Below the pieces are notes generated by a model, which was not told the DNA's origin, searched no databases, and saw only the letters and a list, made by a program, of their open reading frames with translations. A DNA stretch of 64,000 bases from the NCBI GenBank assembly GCA_005222975.1, contig NJBI01000007.1, forward strand, positions 23,752 to 87,751, read 5' to 3'. The DNA comes from Promethearchaeota archaeon Loki_b31 (lineage in GTDB: Archaea; Asgardarchaeota; Lokiarchaeia; Sigyniarchaeales; SOKP01). A program made the position numbers and the translations under genes. Below, piece after piece: positions 40,471-48,805 of the stretch (positions are counted from its first letter, which is position 1; the number at the start of each line of letters is the position of its first letter).

Positions 40471-40566
40471 TTTTTGTCAACGAACCTAATATCAATTATG
40501 CTTTTTAATAGTCTATAACTTTATTTTATAGTAAAAGATCTAATTAATAAAACTTTAGTTTTGTGA

Positions 40567-40596
40567 AAAACACATAAAACACATAAAACACATAAA
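40567..40596. repeat. tandem 9-mer AAAACACAT x3 in divergent promoter region
   Basis: Exact copies at 40567, 40576 and 40585. Confidence 0.9.
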
Positions 40597-40673
40597 TATT
40601 TATTCTTATTATTTCATATAAAGTTTAGAAAGTAATTAAGGGCATATTTAAAAGTAGTTAAGGTATTTGAACA

Positions 40674-41867
40674 TTGTCTGAACGGACTCCTGAGAACATT
40701 GTTGTTTGTATTGATACTTCTAGATCTATGTATCGAACAGATTATCAGCCAAATCGAATGAAATGTAGTATTGATGCCGTAAAAAAGCTAATTAGCGAAA
40801 GGTTTGCTGAAGATACTTCGAGTGCCTTCGCGATTATTGCTTTTTCTGATAAACCAAAGAAAATCATTGATTTTACGAACATTAAGGGTCGACTCTTTGA
40901 CGCTATAGATTCTTTAAAACTTTCAGGTAAGTCGTCAATGGGAGAAGCTTTAGGCCTTTCAATAAAACTTATTATTTTAGAATTACGTAAAATAGCAGCT
41001 AAAATTCCTCGAATCCTTGTTATTTCTGACGGAAACTACACAAAAATGTCAATAGATCCTTTGAAAATGGCTCGCCTTGCTCAAGGATTAAACATTAAAA
41101 TAGATTCCTTTCGTTTAGGAGAACTCTCTACTCTTAATGTTTTAAAAAGAATGTCCGACATAACAGGTGGTAATTATTACTACAATAACGATGCTCAAAC
41201 TTTATTGCAATCAGCTCACGATCTAGCAAGTTCTAACATCAAAACTTATGGTGGTGGAGATAGTTCGCTGATTGAAAATCCTGTATTTCTAAGAAAAATA
41301 GCTGCTGATTTATTAAGAGTTCAAGATTTAACTAAAGATCAAGAACAGCGATTATTGCAAATCAGAGGTTTAGGAGATTATAAGAAATGTTCGATTTGTT
41401 TTTCCGACACAAACCCATATACAAAAAGTTCATTTTACATTAGCGGACGATATTGCCCTAACTGTCAGACCCCCTTTCACATTCATTGTTTAAATTCATG
41501 GGCAGACGCTCAAAAAGATAAAAAAATGAGACAGGCCGGGACCGTACGGTGTCCACATTGTTTTTATCTATTAAAAATTCCTACTGAAGTTTCTCAGGCA
41601 CAAAAATTAACTTCTTTGATTAAACCACGCATAAGACAAAAACCTGCTCCTGAAGAACCAGAAATATCTCACGCAGAAAAATTAAATTTTAAGGATTTAG
41701 ATTCTGACGAGCTGTTTAACTCATGCCCCGTATGTAATTTCATATTTGAAGAAGGACAAGAAATTTTAAGGTGTGATAACTGTAAAACCTTGTACCACGA
41801 AAAATGCTTTAAAGATTTAAGAAATAATCGATGTAAAAATTGTGGTGTAAAATTACATCTTTACTAA
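40674..41867 (+). CDS. vWA-domain protein with two C4HC3 RING-like fingers (TFIIH p44/Ssl1-like; putative E3 ligase)
   Basis: MIDAS DTSRS + DYQPNR, ISDG, TGGNY; CSIC..CPNC..FHIHC..W..CPHC; CPVC..CDNC..YHEKC..CKNC. Confidence 0.85.
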   Translation: MSERTPENIVVCIDTSRSMYRTDYQPNRMKCSIDAVKKLISERFAEDTSSAFAIIAFSDKPKKIIDFTNIKGRLFDAIDSLKLSGKSSMGEALGLSIKLIILELRKIAAKIPRILVISDGNYTKMSIDPLKMARLAQGLNIKIDSFRLGELSTLNVLKRMSDITGGNYYYNNDAQTLLQSAHDLASSNIKTYGGGDSSLIENPVFLRKIAADLLRVQDLTKDQEQRLLQIRGLGDYKKCSICFSDTNPYTKSSFYISGRYCPNCQTPFHIHCLNSWADAQKDKKMRQAGTVRCPHCFYLLKIPTEVSQAQKLTSLIKPRIRQKPAPEEPEISHAEKLNFKDLDSDELFNSCPVCNFIFEEGQEILRCDNCKTLYHEKCFKDLRNNRCKNCGVKLHLY

Positions 41868-41972
41868 TTGCAACTATCTTACTCAATTAAATTTTTATAA
41901 ATATTAGTTTTAAATAGTTTTAGTGTTATAAAAGATATTATCTTATTATAGAAATTTTAAAATGATCTGAAT

Positions 41973-42854
41973 ATGCCGCAGGAATATTTTCCATATGGAG
42001 ATATCAAATTAGGTTATGGTAGTTATGATTTACCGCCCATAATGATTGGAACGATGTTTTATCAAAATCAAACTTTGGTTGATCGTAAAAATAAAGAAAT
42101 TTTTGACGAAGAAAAAGCTGTTAAAAGAATTACCACTCAAAAAGCTTTAGCTAAACAATATAAAATTCCTGATTTAATAGAGATTTCTGCCGTTTCTCCA
42201 AAAGCTATGGTAAAATATTTAGAATTTTATTTTGATAAATTTGAGCCTCCTTTTATTTTAGGGGGAACTTTTGGGGCTAGAGTTGCGGGTCTTGAATGGC
42301 TTTCAGAAAAAGGGGTTAAGCCAAATGAATTTATATATAATGCCGTATCAAACCTAAAAAATAAGAAAGAAATTGAACTTCTTCAGAAGAACAAAATAAC
42401 TTCAGCTGTGGTTTTAATCCTAGCCTCAAGTAATATGACCTCTACGCAAAGATATTCTTATATAACTGAAAACAACCAACCGGGAGATACAAACATTATT
42501 GATGGTTTGAAAAAAATTGGTATTCAGAATATTTGGGTCGATGGAGGAGTGATTGATATCGAAAGCTTAGCCCACATCCTTGAAACGCAACAATTAATTA
42601 GTAGCTCTCTTAAACTCCCTGTTGGTACCGCGCCTACTCTTTTTCTTTTTAAATATTCCTCGCCTAGATTAAATAAAAAATTTCATACTAAATATCGAAA
42701 AGCTAGTATAATGGCTATAGCATCGTGTTTTTCTAACTTTTTATTCTATGGAGCGATAGAAGATGCTAAAGAGTGCTTCGCGTCTGTTTATCAAGCATTA
42801 GAGTTTAAGAAAGTGTTGAAAAATAATAATATCAAGTTGTTAGATAAATTATAA
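41973..42854 (+). CDS. MtrH-like pterin-binding methyltransferase (divergent)
   Basis: LPPIMIGTMFY..IFDEEKA, IYNA, LPVGTAP, FLFYGAIEDA resemble tetrahydromethanopterin S-methyltransferase subunit H. Confidence 0.75.
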   Translation: MPQEYFPYGDIKLGYGSYDLPPIMIGTMFYQNQTLVDRKNKEIFDEEKAVKRITTQKALAKQYKIPDLIEISAVSPKAMVKYLEFYFDKFEPPFILGGTFGARVAGLEWLSEKGVKPNEFIYNAVSNLKNKKEIELLQKNKITSAVVLILASSNMTSTQRYSYITENNQPGDTNIIDGLKKIGIQNIWVDGGVIDIESLAHILETQQLISSSLKLPVGTAPTLFLFKYSSPRLNKKFHTKYRKASIMAIASCFSNFLFYGAIEDAKECFASVYQALEFKKVLKNNNIKLLDKL

Positions 42855-43026
42855 AATACGGAAAAAGAGCCAAATATCACATAATCAAAATTTAAATAGA
42901 CTTAATTTTTAACAATAACTATAGTAATTACACATTTGGATAAAATTACTAATTCAGTAAATAGCAAAAAAGATTTACAATATGATAAACTCATAATAAA
43001 TTACTAGTAAATAGGAATGTGCGAAT

Positions 43027-44166
43027 ATGTATAATAACGATATTAAAGAAGAAAAAGAAATTGAAGCAATCAAATTAATTGATTGGGCCGAAACCTTAGC
43101 TGATAAAGGAGAAGGAGATAAAGCTATAGACGAGTACGAGAAAGCAGCCCAAATTTATCTCGATATCGGTAGTTATATCAAATTAGATGAATTATATATA
43201 AGAATAACACAACTTATTTCCCAATTTAAAAATAATATTCAAGCAATGTATCGCCTAAAATCGATAATCCGTAAAACTGAAGAATTAAAATTATATGAGA
43301 TATCAGCAAAGTTACTAGTTCAATTAGGGAATTTATCTTTTAGAATGAAAGATTGGGAAACTGCTGGTGAAAGTTGGAATAAAGCTGGTGATTATTTTTA
43401 TGAATCAGATCCTGAAGATTATAATAGTTTAGCTTCGATCCTTTTATTAAAAGCGGGACAATCATATGAGCGGTCACAAATAACAAAAGATTTAGGCAAA
43501 CAATTAATTTTAAAGGCGGTAATGAGAATCAATAAGTTTGATGAACTATATCAACAAGAAGAAAAACAAGCACAAAACTTAATTATCAATAAAGAATTTG
43601 AAGCTGCTGCGGATAAATTTTATATTATTTCTACTTATTTTAAACAATCATTGGATAACTTAGGAGTTTTATTAGATGAGGCAGAATCTAAAGATACCAC
43701 GCTTAACGCTAAAGCTAGATTTATTCATTTTATCGCTGAATATCAAACCGTCTCAGCAATATGCCTAACAGCCACTAAGAATCCGAATTTCAAAGAAAAA
43801 ATCGAAGACCTTGGCCGTAATTCGATTGAACTCTTTAAAGAATCGATATCATTGCTTAAAGAATATTTAAAAAATATAAAAAAGGATTTTGATAGGGAGA
43901 TCATATTAAGAATTACCTTTGATACAATGCTGTTAGCAATTGTCCAAACTATTTTAGGTGTTGAGGAAATAAATTGTACTGAAAATCTCCTAAAAAAGAT
44001 CGAAGAAAACAATGCTTTAATTAAAGAGCTGAAAAAAAGTCCGTACTTCAAAATTGTAAGGAAAATTGAAAAAGCTGGTTTAGCCGAGACTTTAAACGAC
44101 ATTAAAAAAGTAAATTTAGGGCATTTTGAAAAAATCAAAAATACATTAGTTTCTCACTTCCAGTAA
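43027..44166 (+). CDS. alpha-helical TPR-like protein resembling alpha-SNAP
   Basis: AIDEYEKAAQIY, LGNLSFRMKDWETAGESWNKAGDYF, LLLKAGQSYE, FEAAADKFY helical repeats. Confidence 0.65.
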   Translation: MYNNDIKEEKEIEAIKLIDWAETLADKGEGDKAIDEYEKAAQIYLDIGSYIKLDELYIRITQLISQFKNNIQAMYRLKSIIRKTEELKLYEISAKLLVQLGNLSFRMKDWETAGESWNKAGDYFYESDPEDYNSLASILLLKAGQSYERSQITKDLGKQLILKAVMRINKFDELYQQEEKQAQNLIINKEFEAAADKFYIISTYFKQSLDNLGVLLDEAESKDTTLNAKARFIHFIAEYQTVSAICLTATKNPNFKEKIEDLGRNSIELFKESISLLKEYLKNIKKDFDREIILRITFDTMLLAIVQTILGVEEINCTENLLKKIEENNALIKELKKSPYFKIVRKIEKAGLAETLNDIKKVNLGHFEKIKNTLVSHFQ

Positions 44167-44218
44167 ATGTATTTCTCATTTAAGTGTATTCTTCATGTAA
44201 AAGAAGAAAATAGAACGG

Positions 44219-44605
44219 TTAGAATTTTATTACTAATTGTTCGAATTTTAATTTGCTGATTTTTCGAACTCCGTGCTGACCAGAACAATATTCACAGTAA
44301 ATTAAATCCGCCTTCTGTAGTTTTTTAATTTGGGCAGATATGTTAGCTTCGGTCATGCCTAAAATTGAAGCGATATCAGAAACATCTAACCCTTCCTTTG
44401 AAGTTTGGATTCGGTTAAGTATTCGGCGTCTCGTCTCTGAAGAAAGTGCTTTTGCAACCTTTTCGATCTGTTTGTCAGATCCTTTTGCGATCAGATTATG
44501 ATTTATATCGAATAATTCTAATTCTAATGGTCCATGGATTTCTGATTTTTTTAAATCTGAATTTATTAATTCAGAACCGGATAAATTTGTTTCGCTCATC
44601 TCCAT
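44219..44605 (-). CDS. ArsR-family wHTH transcriptional regulator
   Basis: KALSSETRRRIL, VSDIASILGMTEANISAQIKKLQKADLI, GQHGVRK wing. Confidence 0.9.
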   Translation of the reverse strand: MEMSETNLSGSELINSDLKKSEIHGPLELELFDINHNLIAKGSDKQIEKVAKALSSETRRRILNRIQTSKEGLDVSDIASILGMTEANISAQIKKLQKADLIYCEYCSGQHGVRKISKLKFEQLVIKF

Positions 44606-45222
44606 ATAAATTTTTCAACCCTAAACAAATTTTTTAAGTCTTTTTTTATATTGGAATACATTATTACAAAATCTATTTCACCTTTTAAGTCTATTTCATT
44701 ATTCATTTGATAACTTTTTACTAAAAAAGTTACTATTTACTACATTTTATACCATATAATTTAGTTAAAAAAAGGTTTCTCAAAATCGTTTAATCTTCAA
44801 GGTGATATTCAATTATTTAGAAATCTTTCTTAATCTCTTTGATTCATGTTTATAATAAGATCCTATTTAGATTATCTTAAAATATTGACCATCCCTTTTA
44901 ATCAAAAGGTTGTTTATTTAATATATCACATTTTAAAACGATATTAAAAAAAATACTAATTGTTATTAATGTCAAAATAATATAACAAAATTTTAAATCT
45001 GTTAATGGTTGTTTTAGGATCTGAGCAATTAAGCATCATTACAGGGATAAAGTGTTATATTTCCTACGAAATAAGCGAAGAAATAAGAGATAATAATTTG
45101 CCAAAAATTTCCCACTTAATTATCCCAAAAATACATTAATTAAAATACAAGAATTACAATATTAACATATAATGTTAAATGCATACAAAAACTACAATTG
45201 AGGAAGTAAAAGGCGACCTTAA

Positions 45223-45831
45223 ATGAGCGAAATTTATAAGTCAAAAAAACCAACCAAGGTAATTACAATTAGAATTGATGAAAAATTGAACGAACATTTA
45301 GACAACATGAAAGAAAGGATGGGTATTTCTAAAACTAATTTAATTAAAAACTATTTAGAGCTTTCCAAATACTTAATTAAACATAAAACAACAATTCTGT
45401 CGCTAAATGATCGTGATTTGGTTGTTGTTAAAAAAAGTTTTCTACGAAATTTAATTGAACGACTAGAAGAAAAGGAACAACTAAACTTTGGCGATAAATT
45501 AGCGAGGTTCGTAAACGATATAGCAAGGATCTATGGTAAGCAAGAAGATTTACGATATAAGATTGATTTTTGTGATAATTTAGGTTTTTTTAACAGTTTC
45601 TTTGACGATAATAATTACCTATTAACCACTAAAAAATTTGGTCCGAAAAAATTCGTTGAAGCTTTTCTATGGCGGTTATTTAAGCAAAAAGAGTTAAATT
45701 CTAATTATATTGAAGAAGAAATGAAAGGTAATAAGGGTTTACGGCAAAAATATAAAAGTGAAATTAAAGAGTTGGGGATTTCTTCGTCGCATTACTCTTA
45801 CGAATTTGCGCAATTAAAGAAAGAAAATTGA
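45223..45831 (+). CDS. ribbon-helix-helix protein with C-terminal extension
   Basis: KVITIRIDEKLNEHLDNMKERMGISKTNLIKNYL. Confidence 0.8.
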   Translation: MSEIYKSKKPTKVITIRIDEKLNEHLDNMKERMGISKTNLIKNYLELSKYLIKHKTTILSLNDRDLVVVKKSFLRNLIERLEEKEQLNFGDKLARFVNDIARIYGKQEDLRYKIDFCDNLGFFNSFFDDNNYLLTTKKFGPKKFVEAFLWRLFKQKELNSNYIEEEMKGNKGLRQKYKSEIKELGISSSHYSYEFAQLKKEN

Positions 45832-45950
45832 CAAGTTTGAATTCTGAACAAAATAATTTCTTAAAATTAGCAATAAAAAATATTGCTTTGGTTCTTAACC
45901 TCGTTATTTCTCGATTGATTTGATGAAGTAGAATGGAAGTTAAGGAAAAA

Positions 45951-47693
45951 TCAATTTTTGTCAATAATTTCTTTTAAACCTAAGATAGGAATAATTATAT
46001 TATTTGGGCGAAAAAGAAGTTCATAATTTAATTCGTGCAGTGTTCTTTCTATTGTAAAATAATTAATTAGGGTAAAGTGAAGTTTAAGACTTTTATCGAA
46101 TATTTTTCCCATTAATTTATTCTCCCATAAATTAAGGAGGTTTAACGCAATTTCCAAAGTTTTATGTTTTTTACTAATTTTTGAAGACTTTCTAAAATAA
46201 AGACTAAAAAGGAATTCTGCGGGAACTTCAAATTTGTTTTTATCTACAATATTTTTTTCAATAAAGTTAATTAGAGTGTTAAATTTAATGTAGCTCAAAG
46301 ATCTTAGAAAGCTCGCTAAATCTTTTTCAATGGGGAATCTCTCCTTCCTTTCTTCTTGAGAAAGCTGAGGATCTCCTTCAAAGTCGATAAAATAGAACAC
46401 GTAATCGCCGTTGTTTTTGTTGTATAGAATTTGTTGAAAATGGAGGTCTTGGTGAACTGGTTGTATAGTGATCTGTTGAATATCAAATTCAGAACGAAAT
46501 TTTTCGATGATATCTTTAATATCAAGGAAAATTGAAGTAATTTTAGGCGAGTTATAAAATGCTCCTTCAGACTTTTTACTCGTATAATTCAGGATTTTAC
46601 TTACCATGGAATTTAAATTATCCGTATAATTTTTCAGGTAATCTTTACTATCAACCATCTCTTTTGAATAAAGGGGATCATCTTTTAAGATTAAAGCATT
46701 GTGCAATTTCTTAATTTGAAATCCAATTTTCTCAGAAACCTTTAGTGATTCAACACAATGTTTTTTAATCATATTGGACATATTCTCTTTATTATTAAGA
46801 TAGGAATAGTCGTCATTTACTCTTTTAAAAACATCATATATCATTTTATTAACCTCGTTCCAGTAAATGTCACCGAGGTTTCCAATATTTGAAACATCTT
46901 CCAGTATACCAATTGTTTCTTTACCTTGGAGTTTAATGGTTCCATATATTTTGGGAGCATTTGGAAAATTATTTTTAACTAACACAAACAAAGTTCTCGG
47001 TTCTAAACTCCCCGAATAATCTTTATATGATTTTAAAATGTACGAAATAGGTTCTTTATTGGTACTTTTCTTGTAAATTTTTAATAAAAATAGTAAATTT
47101 GTGGTATTTCCACCACCCAATTGTTCTAATCCATATTCATATCTTTCAGGATACAAACTAGCTTCTATGAGGTTGCGTACTTTTGTCATGTTAATTTCAT
47201 CTTCAAACTGTTCAGAATAAAGCGTAAGCTCCATAGACAAGGCGGGGAAAGCTTCAGTTATTTTCTTATCAAATAACATCTTTTTCCAAAAAAATACGCA
47301 ATACTCCGCCTCAACGAGGTTAAGGGAGATAATTTTCTCTTTTTGTTTATCATATACATTTAAAGCAACCATTTTACTATATGTATTTTCTGTTAGTTGT
47401 ACTATGTTGCCGCTTGTTTTTTCCCTTGGTTCAAGGATTTCTTGAATTTTTCCGTAAGATATCATAGGTAGAAAATAAGATTTTGTATATTCTTGAGTAG
47501 TAATTACGATTATTGTTAAAAAAATTCTTTCTGATACAATCTTGAAATAGGATATTGTAACTCTAAATGCTAAATTAGATAACGAAGATTTATCTCCAAA
47601 CCATCTTCTTGAAAGAAGCCATCCTTTAAACTCGTTTGAGTTAAATACCTGTTGAATCAAATTTTTATCAAAGTAATTTCTCATATTCATCAT
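45951..47693 (-). CDS. maltokinase (Mak/Pep2)-like phosphotransferase
   Basis: WLLSRRWFGDK, HQDLHFQQIL, FIDFEGDP, DLASFLRSLSY, ELNYEL..RP match maltokinase motifs. Confidence 0.85.
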   Translation of the reverse strand: MMNMRNYFDKNLIQQVFNSNEFKGWLLSRRWFGDKSSLSNLAFRVTISYFKIVSERIFLTIIVITTQEYTKSYFLPMISYGKIQEILEPREKTSGNIVQLTENTYSKMVALNVYDKQKEKIISLNLVEAEYCVFFWKKMLFDKKITEAFPALSMELTLYSEQFEDEINMTKVRNLIEASLYPERYEYGLEQLGGGNTTNLLFLLKIYKKSTNKEPISYILKSYKDYSGSLEPRTLFVLVKNNFPNAPKIYGTIKLQGKETIGILEDVSNIGNLGDIYWNEVNKMIYDVFKRVNDDYSYLNNKENMSNMIKKHCVESLKVSEKIGFQIKKLHNALILKDDPLYSKEMVDSKDYLKNYTDNLNSMVSKILNYTSKKSEGAFYNSPKITSIFLDIKDIIEKFRSEFDIQQITIQPVHQDLHFQQILYNKNNGDYVFYFIDFEGDPQLSQEERKERFPIEKDLASFLRSLSYIKFNTLINFIEKNIVDKNKFEVPAEFLFSLYFRKSSKISKKHKTLEIALNLLNLWENKLMGKIFDKSLKLHFTLINYFTIERTLHELNYELLFRPNNIIIPILGLKEIIDKN

Positions 47694-47809
47694 TAAGTTA
47701 ATAATAATAATTAAAGATAAATTTCTAACTAGCCATCTTATATATATTTTTTAAATTTAATACTATCTTAAAATGTTTAAGATTTTTAGAGTTTAGAAAA
47801 AGCTATGTT

Positions 47810-48451
47810 CTAACGAATTAATTTCAAATTTTTTATTTTTATTTTAAAAGAGTTATCTAAATCTAAGGGATTAAAAGTTTCTTTTCCAGATTTTATATGG
47901 TAATAAATTATCTCGTTTAACAACTCTAAAGTTTCAATAATATTAACATTCTCTTTTACAGATGTTTCGATATAAGCGGCAAATTTTTCTTTTTCAGCGA
48001 ATTTTTTTGCTTCTTCATATGTAATAGCGCGCTTGTAATTTAAATCAACTTTATTTCCCATTAAAATGATTGGGATACAATTTATATGTTTACGAACTGA
48101 AAACACCCATAATTTTACTTCTTTTAAACTTTCAGGGTTAGTTATATCGAACAAAATAATTGCCCCTAAAGCTCCTCTAAAAAAATTAGACCAATAATTT
48201 TGAAATCTCGCCTGAGGAGCAAACGTCCAGCAAGTATCTGTTATCCTTTCGCCATTAGGGAGCGTGAAATCCTTTACAGAGATATCAACGCCGATAGAAT
48301 ATTTTGAACTATGTGTAAAACCAAGGGTATATTTTGAACTTAATAAACTTTTCCCAGAATTAGCAGATCCTAAGATTAAAATCTTAACTTTGTACGAAAT
48401 TGTGTTTTTTGTTTTGTACAGAGAAGAATGTTCTGGCTGTTTAAGAACCAT
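47810..48451 (-). CDS. Rab-like small GTPase with atypical G3 box
   Basis: GSANSGKS, SIGVD, WTFAPQARF, FFRGA, NKVD, ETSVK. Confidence 0.88.
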   Translation of the reverse strand: MVLKQPEHSSLYKTKNTISYKVKILILGSANSGKSLLSSKYTLGFTHSSKYSIGVDISVKDFTLPNGERITDTCWTFAPQARFQNYWSNFFRGALGAIILFDITNPESLKEVKLWVFSVRKHINCIPIILMGNKVDLNYKRAITYEEAKKFAEKEKFAAYIETSVKENVNIIETLELLNEIIYYHIKSGKETFNPLDLDNSFKIKIKNLKLIR

Positions 48452-48805
48452 ATCTAATTACAAATTATGATTTTCTCGTTTTAATAATTATGTGAATTTA
48501 CTAATAAGCAAAACAAAAATAGATATTTATTTTTCCAAGTCTTTTTCCTTAATAATTTATAAAATATAAATTCCATCTTACTTTAGAACGATTAATATCT
48601 TAAACTTTTATATCTAATGAGAGGTTGTCAAATAAGGCTTTTAAATTCTTTAATAAAATATTAGAATTAATTTCAAATATATCAATTAATTAAAAATTGT
48701 AGGAAATAGGGGATTCCTTTTTATCAATAATTTATTTACCAAATAAATTTAAAGCCATCAAATCTTAATTTTTTTATTAATAAAAAAATTTGTAATTTAC
48801 TAATT

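Noticed and set aside
44606-45222. Hidden gene or pseudogene in the gap between the ArsR and RHH genes
   Set aside because: The frames inspected close quickly; most simply a divergent regulatory region.
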